A stretch of DNA of 64,000 nucleotides from Octopus vulgaris (GCA_951406725.2 OX597815.1:112778001-112842000), one strand, 5' to 3'. Shown: positions 25,744 through 38,812, counted from the first letter of the stretch. Notes: generated by a model from the letters alone, not told the origin. Numbers and translations: made by a program.

Positions 25744-27401
25744 GAAATTATTTTGACGTGTGTGTGTGTGTGCGTGTTTGTGTGTATGTATGTATGCATG
25801 TATGTTCGTATGTACATGTACCATCACAGTTTAGGGTAGCATGGTTTTCCTAATGAACATGTCGCATCATACAGCCTTTATAATGTTCACAGGACACGAA
25901 GCAACAGTCATAATTTCAACATTTTGATGCCCGGCGCACATCATCATGCTACAAGTAACACTCTTCCAATATTCAGACAGCTTCCAGTCCTCCAACGTCC
26001 TCCATGCATGTGTGTATAATTAGATTTTATGTATATTCATATACGTATGTATATGTATATATGTAATGAGTAGACAAAATCTATGGAATTCTGTCGAAGA
26101 GATTGTTCCTATGTTTTGATTTGTCACGATGTTCAACACCAACACTTAGCCATTGGGTATCTTGGTGTGCTTAGCGAAATCCCCTCTGTTGCATTTATTT
26201 AAGCTAGGTTTTCAGTCCGAAGATGACACCCTCTTTCTCTTATACATAGTTCAGGGATCCTGCAAGAAGCGTTTGTTACTCACTTTTGATATAGATCTAA
26301 AAGAAAGCCTTATATTTTGAGTCAAGATAGGAATGAAGACATCGAGCGTAGCTTGCGCTTTTCAGAAACTAACAAGAAATACAACTGCCCTTGCTACATC
26401 ATACAATATAATAGTCATATTTAGGTTCGAGGCCTTGAATCAAGTGTTTTGCATTTCTATTATTCACTCAGACTGGTTAATATTTTTTGAACTGAGTGGA
26501 ATTTGTTTGATTCATACTATACTATACTATACACACTCACACACACATGCACACACAGATACACAACCCTAGTGCATGTGAGTGTGTGTGCCTGTCTGTT
26601 TGTCTGTGTGTCTGTGTATCAGTCTGTTTTTCGTACATTATAAATGAGAGTAAGGATATTAAAATGTCTGTTTTTTATGAATCAAGTTATTTGAGATATT
26701 AGTTCTATCTGGAGTCATAGACACTCCCTGGTCATTTTCGCTTTCACTAATGCGGTCAGTTGCAGTGATTGACTCGTTGGAAACCTGTAGTGAACTAATT
26801 ATTATTCATCAGTAGCGATACAACATAAATAGATAACCGTGAAACGAAACCAGTCCACATATTTCAATTACTATGATAATAGCTCTTATTCTAGAACCAA
26901 TGCCAATTATCAGAGTATTTTCTGAAGCTAATTTGCAGCCTTCGTCTAAGAATTCTAAATTACAGTTGAGATAATTAATATTGAAGTATCTGGCAAGATT
27001 GTTATAAACCAAACTGAGTAATTTCCATGAACAGGACGAGAGAATGGATGAAATTAAATCCAACTAGACACATTAAAGGTCATAATAACTGTAACAGAGT
27101 TACACATCGATTAAGTGAATATCTTCATTGTTTGTTATTATGTTTTTAATTTCATAATGTCCACTGGAAAAAGGTGTGGTTTCATAATCCGATTAGTGTT
27201 TTGTGCTTGTCTAATAACTCATCTCAGATGTATAAACGTTCAGATACAGGAAATTACACCAGAGAAATGAAATTAAATCATACATAGAATTTGATTGGTA
27301 TACTAATGTTCAATTCTTGTATATACGATATGGTTATTGCTGCTGCTGCTGCTGCTGCTGCTATCGTTTAATCTCCCAACTCTGTCTTAACCGAAGAGAT
27401 T

Positions 27402-28299
27402 GGTGTGGGGAAAGATTTGTTGCCATGACGTTCTCATTTTTATGTTTTGAGCATACGTTTTTGCATTCTGAGTTCAAATTTCGTCAAGATATGATTGTCT
27501 TTTCAATGTCCAGCACTGGGGTCGATTCTTGTCTTTCTTCCTTTCTATGTTTCTGATTTTATGGAAGAATTCGGCTGTGGATTGAAATCGAGAGGAATGA
27601 GCTCTGCCAGATCTAAACATGCTCAAGACACGCAGTATGTCACGAAGACTCTGACCAGGATCTGTAAACGCAAGGTAAGGCGAGTTGTGTCGAATTATAA
27701 CAACTACTGTGTCCTTCTTTTAAAACTGTAAGCTTTGGCTGTAATTACTAGCTTTTTGAATAACTGACTTGCGGCTCCTCCGTTTTTGGTTTCTTCGTGT
27801 CATATCTATCGAAAATTGAAATATATTGCTGAGTCATTGTTTTTCCTGAGTGGACATAAAGTCAACTGTTTTAGGTCACAGGAGGCTCGTAGACAACCAT
27901 TTGATCTTGCAATAAATTCTACTCAAATTATGAAAAATAGATACTGTAATACATTGTCTCAATAGACAAAGTATTAGATTGGAGCATTTAGTTATTTTCC
28001 TTTTAATTCGACACAACTCGCCTTACCTTGCGTTTACAGATCCTGGTCAGAGTCTTCGTGACATACTGCGTGTCTTGAGCATGTTTAGATCTGGCAGAGC
28101 TCATTCCTCTCGATTTCAATCCACAGCCGAATTCTTCCATAAAATCAGAAACATAGAAAGGAAGAAAGACAAGAATCGACCCCAGTGCTGGACATTGAAA
28201 AGACAATCATATCTTGACGAAATTTGAACTCAGAATGCAAAAACGTATGCTCAAAACATAAAAATGAGAACGTCATGGTAACAAATCCTTCCCCACACC
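27402..28299. repeat. 296-bp near-perfect inverted duplication with a 306-bp spacer
   Basis: 27402-27697 is the reverse complement of 28004-28299 with two mismatches seen. ORFs 27495+ and 28003- translate identically. Confidence 0.95.
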
Positions 28300-28392
28300 T
28301 ATTACTGATATTACTTGATTAGAAAAAACGCTTACGAGTGTCGTCCCGATTCGGGTCACTATTCGTTGTTCCCAACATTATAGTAGATGTTT

Positions 28393-28605
28393 AAAGCCGG
28401 CAGCTGACAGAATCGTTAGCACGCCTGGCAAAATATTAGCAGCATTTCGTCTGACGTTACGTTCTGAGTTCAAATTTCGCTGAGGTCCACTTTACTTTTC
28501 ATTGTTTCGGGGTCGATAAAATATGTAGCAGTTGAGTATAGGGGCTAATGTAATCATCTCCACCCACAAAATTGCTGATCTTGTGCCAAGATTTGAAACC
28601 AATAT
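28393..28605 (+). mobile_element. Older SINE family 1 copy
   Basis: agctgacagaatcgttagcacgcc..ttctgagttcaaatttcgctgaggtc..ttcggggtcgataaaa. Confidence 0.85.
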
Positions 28606-29120
28606 TATAAAATGGGAGGATTGTGGAAATCAAAAAAAAAGTAAAGCATCAAGCTCCTTGAATTGCAATGTTTAATTTCCATCTCTAAAATGCGATTTGA
28701 GATCATTCCCGTGGTTTATACATTAAATACATACTATGAACTAAAACCATTTCAATCGACTATGCATGAGAAAGCGTTGCATCACTTTCTTTTGAGAACC
28801 TGACTGACGAGATTCTGAGTTGTTTAGAGTATTGCATAACCTGAATAATTGTATTATGCTTACATCAAGATAAAAACTGCAAGCGAAACAGTTGTAGCAG
28901 CACCCGAAAATCCATTCGTTTTATTTTATTTTGCGCCACACTAGATATTTTACTCTTCATTTAATACTTTGCATACCTTTGGAAATGCATATTAAACAGC
29001 AACAGTGTCTTGTCATCATCGATAACCTTCCGCGCTGATAACGTATGACTTCACCGTTGCTCTGCGGGATTATTTCTAGCCAGTTTGATATTCTTTGTTT
29101 CTTTATGATCTTATAACTGC

Positions 29121-29185
<65 letters not shown>

Positions 29186-29190
<5 letters not shown>

Positions 29191-29727
29191 TTAGTTAAAA
29201 TATGTTCGTGGCGTATTTCAACCGCTAAAAGACAAATTCTTTGCCGTTACCGCGGAGAAAAATTTCTCTTGTGGTAAAACGGTGTAAAAACACCATATCT
29301 GTCCAGTGTCGCTATCTTTCTGGATTTCCAGACATCGATGTCTTTAGTTCCTTAGCCTTTATCAATGGGAAATAATCAAGAGAAGCAACTCTGGACAGAC
29401 TTTATTAAATTATAGCTTTAACTAAAATAGTCAACAACATTGATCGATTTGCGTCAGCAGATAGCCGAGGTTGTGGGAATTACCGTATTATCAGCGCCAA
29501 GCAATATTTAGACATATGAAAAGTTTAGATTAGTTATTTCCATTGATAACGGCTACATAACTAAAAACATCGATGCTTGGGAATCCTGATAGATGGTGAC
29601 ATTGGACAGATATGATGTTTTCACACCTTTTTACTAAAAGAGCAAATTCTCTTCGCGATGACTGTAGTGAATTTGCTTTTTAACAGTTGGAATATGTCAA
29701 AAATATATTTTACCTGACCTAAACTTT
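29186..29727. mobile_element. Foldback/MITE-like element with ~190-bp diverged arms
   Basis: aaagtttag..catatctgtcca.tgtc..catcgatg..tttagtt..ttatcaatgg (29186-29377) mirrors 29528-29727. Confidence 0.75.
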
Positions 29728-29765
29728 ACTTATGCTTAAAAACTGTTTGCCGCCAATATTATGGC

Positions 29766-29867
<102 letters not shown>

Positions 29868-31719
29868 TATGTATATATTTATTCGGCTCATGCCTTACGT
29901 CGCTGCTCGGAAGTTTCCAGAGATTCAAAGATCGAAAAGACTAATAATTATATTCTCCAATATGTACTGAGTTCCTTCAGTTCTATTGGTTATAACCCAG
30001 ATATATGTGCGTGTGAGTGAGCGCTCATGTCTGTAAGTGTATGTAATTATTTGGTTACTTGGTTCTTAGGCCGACTGCCTATCAACCTTCCAAGGTCGAT
30101 GAAATGAATGCTAGTCTACAAGCAATTATTGAGATCGATTTAATCGGCTTTACCAATAATCGCGATTCTCAAATATGACTGTTTAATAAATATAGCCAGT
30201 AAAAGAATAAATGTCTAAGTAGGCACTTGTTTTATTTATTTCCTTATGACGAGAAAAACAATTTAACACAGTGAAAGAGCATATAAGCAATATGCAGGCC
30301 ATAAATGAATTATAAATGTAGTGACGCCACTACAAAACGATACGATGTATTAGTGACATGTAATAAAGTAGCATATATTAAGTAAGGTAATTACACTTCA
30401 AAACCAATTATGATATTGTAAATAAATCATATACGACATGCTATATGTTTCCCGAAAGCGGCCATATTTCTTTTGAAAGCTGACACGGTGGAAAAAATCA
30501 TTTTTCTCTGTAGGAAAATAGTATTTTAATATGGAACAGTATAATTGAATTCAGAAAAAGTCATGTTGATAATAGTTCATATTCGTCCCTCAAGTTACTG
30601 TTCTTACTGCAATTATTCTTATCATTGCTGCCAATATTGTTGTTGTTGTTATTATTATTTTTGTTCTTGTTTAGTCCAGATCTGCCTTGATCTAACGGGT
30701 CTGTAATCTAAAGCGTCTCCCATCATGATTATCTCGTCTTTTTAATGTATATATATTGTTCTTTTTATTTACATTATCCAATGTTGTTGCTGTTATGAAC
30801 GTTGAGGAATATTCGAATAAAGATTCTTAGAAAACGAAGCCGCCATGCTAGCCGTCATGCCAGATGATTTAGGAATTTTGCTTATTAATCATCAACTCTT
30901 CAAATCTGTACATTTTAGGGAAGATCAAAGCCAGTCCTTTGAGGAATAAAACATATTAACTATTTTCTTTCATGTTCAGTATTTTCTTTCATGTTCAGTA
31001 TTTTCTTTCATGAAGCTTTTTCTGAAGTTGTCAAAATTTAATGAATGAATTGCCGCAGCAATCAGCTAAATGAAACGTTGAAATAACTGAGTATAGAACT
31101 TCTGCATACTCGGGTCATCCCTATGATAACACATATCTGGGTATATAGCCCATTCAATGTAACAATATATGAACACCGACTAACTGTCCTCTCATTCTTA
31201 TGGACTTGCATTTACAGCTAACATGGTTCACCATATAACAAACAGTAAATGCTTTAAGTCTTAATTCTGACGCCCTTTTAGTGCTCAGTTGCATTAAATA
31301 ATGTATATTCTAATCCCCGACTACGCCAGAGAAAGGAAATTTGGAAGTTTGAGAATTTAGAAGATAACATTATTAATTCATGAAATCTAACACCAAGCAA
31401 AAGTTCCGGATGCGAATTAATCATTATAACACCATTAATCTGTTCATAATGCACCAAATGGCCACTCTGATATCAGTTCAGATTGTGAATGGGCTGGGCC
31501 ACATTTCATTCATACTGATAAAGACTTTTTTTTATGTCGAGATATTGAAATGTATGATGTAAGTGTTGATCTTTGCTTTCATATTGCTTTTGAATGTTCT
31601 TTTTATTCTCAAATTGAAATGGCATGGATTTCTGCATCACATTTGTGTGTGTATGTGTGCGTGCGTGCGTATGCATGCGCGTGTGTGTTCGTGCTTGTAT
31701 GTGCATGTATGATAGATAG

Positions 31720-32235
31720 ATAACTTTATTGGCCACACAGGGCTGAATATAGAGGGGACAAATACACTGTAAAGTTTTTCTTTTCGAGGGTGGCCAAAAC
31801 AAACAAAAATTAAAAAATAAAAATAGGGACAACGATCAAAAAGGGATCGAAATCGTTGGGGATATACAAAAATTCGAAATAATACAAAATGTTCCCAAAA
31901 GCGGGGCGGTTTATCCGTGGGAAGAAAAACATACGAAAAGACCACGATAACCTCGGACAATAATGTCACACAATAAGTACATCTAGAAGTAGGTAACTCT
32001 CTTTTTTCCTTTGTTTTTCTTTTGCTGGTTCATACGATCATGATCAAGGTGACTCCATCATTCACATGAACCATCCTTGCTACATTCACCCATCATCTGT
32101 TGAAACATTCGCTAGACAAAACTTCCCTCTCTACTCTCACCTTCTTTTTCAAGTGATACTTGAAGAAGTTGATGAGAGATTGACCAGAGAGGAAAGTGTT
32201 TGTCTCTTTCAGACGATCTTGCAAATTGTTTCCAC
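31720..32235 (-). mobile_element. L1/Tx1-like LINE 3' end
   Basis: ORF2-like C-terminus LSGQSLINFFKYHLKKKVRVEREVLSSECF..VNVARM followed by a T-rich 3' UTR ending cccctctatattcagccctgtgtggccaataaag. Paralogue at 50530-50950. Confidence 0.7.
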
Positions 32236-32247
32236 AGGGAACTTTCC

Positions 32248-32310
<63 letters not shown>

Positions 32311-32437
32311 CAACTAATGAGGGTGAGAAAGTTGGATACTAATTTAATAGAACATCCATTTAACACCAAGTGGCTTAGTGCATATAAAACCGGGATTACG
32401 ATACATTTTATACATAAATATAAGAGAGTAACCAGCA

Positions 32438-32705
32438 TGTGGTCTACTCTAGCACTAAGATAGATCCGCTGGGTTTCAGCCACATAAAAAAATGTTTCCA
32501 ATGAAAGTTAGCACAACTACTGGCGCAGACAGGGCAAATAAACATAACAAAAATGTAAATTAGTTCGGGACAATTGTTTCGCTATTAATAAATTAATAAA
32601 GTATGTAATTTTACTCACATAATATACCTTTTAACTTTCATTGGAAACATTTTTTATGTGGCTGAAACCCAGGGGATCTATTTTTAGTGCTAAAACAGAC
32701 CACAT
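32438..32705. repeat. ~73-bp inverted repeat pair (MITE-like)
   Basis: 32438-32510 (atgtggtct..ctgggtttcagccacataaaaaaatgtttccaatgaaagtta) mirrors 32632-32705. Confidence 0.8.
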
Positions 32706-32706
32706 T

Positions 32707-32737
<31 letters not shown>

Positions 32738-32750
32738 ATATGTGTGTGTG

Positions 32751-32839
<89 letters not shown>

Positions 32840-32988
32840 GTATATATATATATGCAAGTATACATATATGTGTATGTGTTTGTGTTTATGTGTATGTATG
32901 TATACCTGTGTGGATATGCGTATGTTTCTACATGCAAGTAGGTGTGTATCAGTAAATGCATACAATAGGTATATATATATATACATAC

Positions 32989-33058
<70 letters not shown>

Positions 33059-33401
33059 ACTGCACGAATGTGTATCCTTGTATTTGTCACTATAATACAT
33101 TCTGTAATAAGATTTAAGGTAATCATCCAAGTAGATATCTCCTAGTCTAAGTAGATGACAAGTACAGTCACGCGCGAGCGCGTGTTTGTGTGTATGTGAG
33201 TGTTAATATGGAAACAGATACTTAAATTCATAAATAAACACGTGCATGCACCTGTGTTTATGTGGGGGTATATATGATTCTGTAAAAATGCATACATATG
33301 CATACATATATATACATATGTGCGCGTGTATAGATATAAAGTTACATATTTATGCATATACGTGCATATATATACACATACATATATATGCATATATGTA
33401 T

Positions 33402-33457
<56 letters not shown>

Positions 33458-33547
33458 ATATATATATATGTATGTGTGTGTGTCTGTATGTATATATATA
33501 TATTTTATGTATATTTATATATTTATATATATACGTATATATATAAA

Positions 33548-34653
33548 TTCAGGACCGACATCTCCATTACCCTGTCTAAACAATCCCGCTACAAAGCCAA
33601 ATACGAAGCTATCGATGATCAAATCAGAGATGAAATATCCAAACTAACGACCGGCAATATAGCAGAAAAAATGCGAGAACTATGGATCAGAGATATCTCA
33701 AAAGAAGAAAGCAGATCAAGAAAGTTTTGGCAGCGGAAACAATTATTTCTCGACAAATATGCTACAAATTACGGTAAAGACACCAGAACTCCGAGAAATA
33801 GCATTAAAAGTGGACAACCTCACCAACGCAACATACACCAGAACACGTGGCAACATGAACAACCGTTTCACCACGAATCGAAGACGAACTACGGTAAGAA
33901 CTCTTCCCATTTTGTATGCAAACACCCTAATGCACACAACATGAACAAAAAGCACAAACAAAATAGATATTGTTTTGAACAGACCATTAGCAGTAGAAAT
34001 AACAGGAGATCATTTTCAAGACCTCAACAGAGATTACCCACAAGAAACTGGACAAAAAACCGATCTAGATCTAGAAGTAAACCCAGATCATTTCTCCAGG
34101 TGGTTAAAAACAATGCTAACAAGAAATTGAAAAGTAGCATACATAATACCAAAAACAAGACAGAAAACATAACGAAACCAAGTAAAGTACCACAACCAAA
34201 ACGCAAAATTCATCAAGCAAACATCAACAGGAATATAAATCATAACCAGAAAAAAATCCATTTTTTTACGTCAGGACAACAAACACCGGAGAAAGAAAAA
34301 ATCCAAGAGGAAACATACCCCAAACAACTGAACGTATAGATCCTAAAATAATTAATTTATCAAAAAGAGATCTTGACAATGATGAAATCCAACTTCTGTC
34401 AAAAGGACTGAAATTCACACCTACACCAACAGCCAACCACCAAGAATTAAAGGAGGATATCCAAAAATTCTGTCGAAAATTACGACTTGTAGAATTCTTC
34501 GCTAACAAAAGTAATGAGATTGATGAATCCCTAGTAAGGAATAAATCAAATTTCACCCCACCAAAAGGAAGAAATAACTACCTTGACCAATACATTGATA
34601 TCCTGTCTAAATTTCCCCTTAGACGCAATACCAATGTTAGGCCAAACATTTAG
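33548..34653 (+). pseudogene. PLE N-terminal domain in two frames
   Basis: Non-repetitive part of ORF 33320-34339 (FRTDISITL..), then an overlapping frame open from ~34261 to TAG ~34650-34652 encoding PKIINLSKRDLDNDEIQLLSKGLKFTPTP..RKLRLVEFF..SNFTPP. Confidence 0.8.
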
Positions 34654-36576
34654 CAAATCAGAGATGTCTGCATGTAAACGTATACAAAACGATCAAACAA
34701 TAATAATTAAACAAGCAGATAAAGGTGGTGCAATTGTTATTATGGATACCGAATACTATAAGGATTTGGTTGAAGACCAACTGAAGGATACAACCTTCTA
34801 TTGTGAAATACCCGCAAATATAGACCACCACATCATGAAAAAGATCAACAACCTGATTTCAACACACCACAACTCACTTACGGATAATGAAAAAGACTAC
34901 ATCACCAATTTTGAACCAAAACCCAGCAACTTCTACGGCTTACCAAAAATACACAAATCAAAAAACATTCAACAGGCAGTAAAAGAACAAGAAAGTGAGT
35001 ACATAAAATTATTACATCCAAAAGACCTAAAACTTAGACCTATTATAGCTGGTCCAGCATGCCCTACACACCGTCTAAGCAATTTTATTGACATTGTTTT
35101 GAAACCACTATGTACTTACATACCAAGTTTCATCAGGGATGACATCGACTTCCTGTCCCATCTTCCCAAAACAACAGAAACAAATTCAGTTTTACTAAGT
35201 TTTGATGTGGTAAGCCTCTACACCAATATTCCACACGATTTAGGAATAAAGGCGATTAAATACTGGTTAGAAAAACATAGAGAAGTGATTCCCAGCAGAT
35301 TCACAGTGCCATTTATATTAGACACAGTCAAACTTATTCTAGAAAATAACACATTCTTCTTCAATGGAAAGAATTACATCCAAATTAGAGGCACGGCGAT
35401 GGGAACGAGGTTTGCTCCCGTTTACGCCAACTCTGTAATGGGATACTTAGAAGAACAACTCTACCAAGAGGTGGAGGTAAACTATGGCACTGGATTTAGA
35501 AAGTATATTGAAAAGGCATGGAAGAGATACCTAGACGACTGTTTCATAATCTGGACAGAATCTCTAAATACTCTGGAAGAGTTCAATATCCTCCTGAACA
35601 ACCTACACCCATCTCTCAAATTTACAAAGGAGATGAGTAGTACCAAATTACCATTCCTGGATATAATGGTAATTAAAAAAGACACCACCATCACCACAGA
35701 TATATACTATAAACACACAGACACACATCAATACCTAAATTTTAAGTCGTGCCATCCACCACATACAAAACGTAACATCCCATACTGCCTAGCCAGAAGA
35801 ATTTGTACTATTGTAGAAGATGCAAATATCAGGAACAAACGCCTAATAGAACTAAGAGAATTTTTGCTCAAACAAAAATACCCATCTCTACTTATAGAAA
35901 ATGGCATACAGCGGGCTATAAAAATACCTATACAACAACTTAGGACAACCCAAGGAAGAGGAAAACAAGAACAAGTCATACCATTCATAGTGACACACAA
36001 CCCATGTCACCAGAATATCTTCAACATTGCCAAAGCAAACCTACCAATCATTGCCCAAAGTAATGAATTAAAAGACATAATCAAGGATCGAGCTATGGTG
36101 CTTAGTAAAAGACAGCCTAAAAACTTGAAAACATTACTAACAAAGGCAAAATTTGACCTCAGCAACAAAGACCAAACATTCACGGTATCTAAATGCAATG
36201 ATAGCCGATGTGGCACATGCCAATTCATACATACCGGTCAATATATAAACACAAAAACCGGGAAAATATTCACAAACGCGAATATGAACTGCAAAAGCAG
36301 AAATTTAATTTACTGCATCAAATGCCCAAATTGTGAAGAAATATATGTAGGTCAGACGGGAAACGCACTATTAGAACGCTCACGTGTACACCGGCAACAG
36401 ATTAGAGACCCAGAGGTCCGTCAGATACCTTTGAGTAACCACCTAGCAACATGTGGTCGGAAAAAATATATATAATATTTCCATTCTACAAATTACACAG
36501 CCCAAGTGAAATCGAGAGGAAAATCAGAGAAAAGAATTTTATTGATAAATTCGAACCCAAGCTAAATAAGCAATAA
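34583..36576 (+). CDS. PLE reverse transcriptase plus GIY-YIG endonuclease (frameshifted at both ends)
   Basis: Motifs ADKGG, FYGLPKIHK, LRPII, SFDVVSLYTNIP, GTAMGTRFAP, RYLDD, LPFLD, CNDSRCGTC, NLIYCIKC..IYVGQT. After an extra TA at ~36470 the protein continues IFPFYKL..EKNFIDKFEPKLNKQ* to 36576. Confidence 0.95.
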
Positions 36577-36893
36577 TAATAATACTTAGAGGTATTACTT
36601 CCACTGCTACGACCATGACCACTAACAACAACAACAATACTAAAGGTGATCAAGACGAAGATAGCAGGAAAATTATCTTATTTAGGGTTAAAAGTTCTAT
36701 TGCCACCACCATCACCACTAGCAACAATAATTAAGGTGCTGACAATGATGATGATGACAATTGAAATATAAAAATATAAAAATCTCTGACAAAGGATATT
36801 TACAACATTTCTAAAAATAACCCAACAATTGCTGCTTCGGCCAGGGTCAAGATACAGGACTCTTGACCTGTCCAACAAAACGTGATGCCTAAA

Positions 36894-37007
36894 CCAATCA
36901 GCTCAACCAACCAATCAGCTTAAGTAATTGAGTGATACTACACACTGATTGGTCAGAATACAGTTTGCAAAACCTAGCACTCTGGAGCCTACCCAGCTGT
37001 ATTTATA
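36894..37007 (+). promoter_or_regulatory. Putative promoter in the PLE 3' terminal repeat
   Basis: CCAATCA at 36894 and 36911, inverted CCAAT (gattgg) at ~36947, TATA-like tatttata at 37000-37007. Confidence 0.5.
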
Positions 37008-37070
37008 GCACAGAATCACTCATCTTGCTACAGTCAAAAATTGTGAAGCATGACTGTCAACACTACTACA

Positions 37071-37115
37071 TGAACCCGAAGATTGCAGAATTCAATGCAT
37101 GAAAGTACTAGTTCA
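37071..37115 (+). ncRNA. Minimal hammerhead motif of the PLE terminal repeat (U4C)
   Basis: tgaac CCGAAGA t tgca-gaattcaa-tgca t GAAA gtac UA gttca, with palindromic stem III AGTACT. Confidence 0.8.
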
Positions 37116-37244
37116 ATCAGAATGAATATTTAACATTCTACTATTTCATTTTATTTTATTCAATTATAATATATTATCTTATAATATATCATTATAAGAT
37201 TGTAAATAAAACGTGAAAATCAGACAAGGTTAGAATTCTTTTTA

Positions 37245-37282
<38 letters not shown>

Positions 37283-38244
37283 TTTAGAGCGTATACATTT
37301 TTGTGTGCTTATATATAAGTCAATATATCATTCATTCTATAACAAGAATTCTGGCAATTAATTATGGAAGTGGATATCTGCTATTCTAAGTGGATGAGAA
37401 ATGTTTGCATACACAAATATAGTTGTGTGAGTGTGGCTTTATATATGTACAAATACATGCATGTTTGTGTATAAAGATATATGAATGTATATGAATACAT
37501 ATATATACATATACGTACACAAATGTGCATATATGCGTGTAAGTGTGTATGTATATATGCTAATGTACATACATATATCTATCTATATATATATATTTAC
37601 ATATCTGCGCGTGCGTATGTGTGTGTGTCTGGCTTGATGTAAGGATGGATGTGAGAGTATGTGTGCATATGTTTTTGTGTGTATCGTCGTTGATAAATTT
37701 CAGACAAAATTCATTCATACACACACAAATTATACGTACATCTACATAGATATGTCACTATGTGCTTATGTATGTTGATATATAAGTGCTTGTGTATGAG
37801 TGTGTGTGAGAAAGAGAGAGAGAGTAAATATATACACTTACATATATATGTCTACATATGTGTTTGTAATTGTGTTATGTTTGAATAAGTAGATAAATTT
37901 CGAGGAAACGTCATACATACGCACACAAAATACTCATATATAAATATGCACAGAGAAAATGAGATGGAAATACACCACAATATAGTTAGCAAAACTCTAA
38001 AGCAGAGAGATAATAGTCTGTATAAGTATGAATATCAAGTAGTTTAGTCTAAAGTGTTCTCGCATTTTACTCCAACATATATGTATTCTTCTTATCCCCT
38101 TGTACACAGAAGAATAAGGGAGAATTCTTTGATATCTCTAACGGTATCACAGTGGTCCATTAGAGACAAGTGTCCCACTTCACTTTTCAAGCAAGTCACT
38201 CGTTTAAGCAGAGTGTAGGGATTATATATATATATATACTTGAG

Positions 38245-38714
38245 GGATTTTTCCATTATGAGGTTTTTCACGCTAACTACTTGATAAATTCTTATAATGA
38301 TTTTATCCTATTTTTCAATTGTAAATTTAACCGGAATATATTCAGTGATGAATTTTATTCCAAATATCGTCTGGTATGTTGAATTTTGCTCATTTTATGT
38401 ATCTTGAATTATGCTTGCACTGAAGATTAAAAAGTCCATTTTGTGCACTAATTATGAAATCATGATATGCAGCTGAATTCTGTTTCTAAAATGCACGCTT
38501 CGAGAGTTGCATTCCCTCGAATTCGGTAAAATGTGTTTATTTACTATGGTAGTTTTGACTTTAAAAGTCCCTCCTAGCATGAGACATATATGTATAGTAA
38601 TGCCCTTAATATAAGTAAATATATTTAGGAGGAAAAATTGATGGATTTTTCCCTTATGAGATTTTTCACGCTAACTACTTGAAAAATCCTTTATAAAGAT
38701 TTTATCCTATTTTT

Positions 38715-38771
<57 letters not shown>

Positions 38772-38812
38772 GAAAAATAGGATAAAATCTTTATAAAAAT
38801 TTATCAAGTAGT
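38245..38812. repeat. ~75-bp direct repeat plus a (TA)n-centred palindrome
   Basis: 38245-38320 is similar to 38643-38718. 38674-38717 is mirrored at 38770-38812 around (TA)n. Confidence 0.85.

Larger units (their letters stand above)
25187..25756. mobile_element. Head-to-head inverted PLE-like terminal repeats (~110-bp arms), each carrying a hammerhead motif
   Basis: 25187-25296 is an imperfect reverse complement of 25646-25756. The interior has a CCAAT box on the minus strand (gattgg ~25302). Confidence 0.7.
33547..37170 (+). mobile_element. Penelope-like retroelement (Neptune-type), 5'-truncated, near-intact
   Basis: Basic N-terminal region, IINLSKRDL..LLSKGLKFTPTP motif, RT, Cys-rich linker and GIY-YIG, then a 3' terminal repeat with a hammerhead. 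The 5' end abuts a (TA)-rich microsatellite. Confidence 0.95.

Noticed and set aside
26080-26480. RTE-like RT remnant
   Set aside because: Only faint motif hints (YGI, GVL, EALNQV); too decayed to call without a search.
27495-28206. Two identical small proteins on opposite strands
   Set aside because: A by-product of the inverted duplication; no coding signature.
33320-33546. N-terminal part of the 339-aa ORF
   Set aside because: Microsatellite read-through; the PLE sequence starts only at ~33547.
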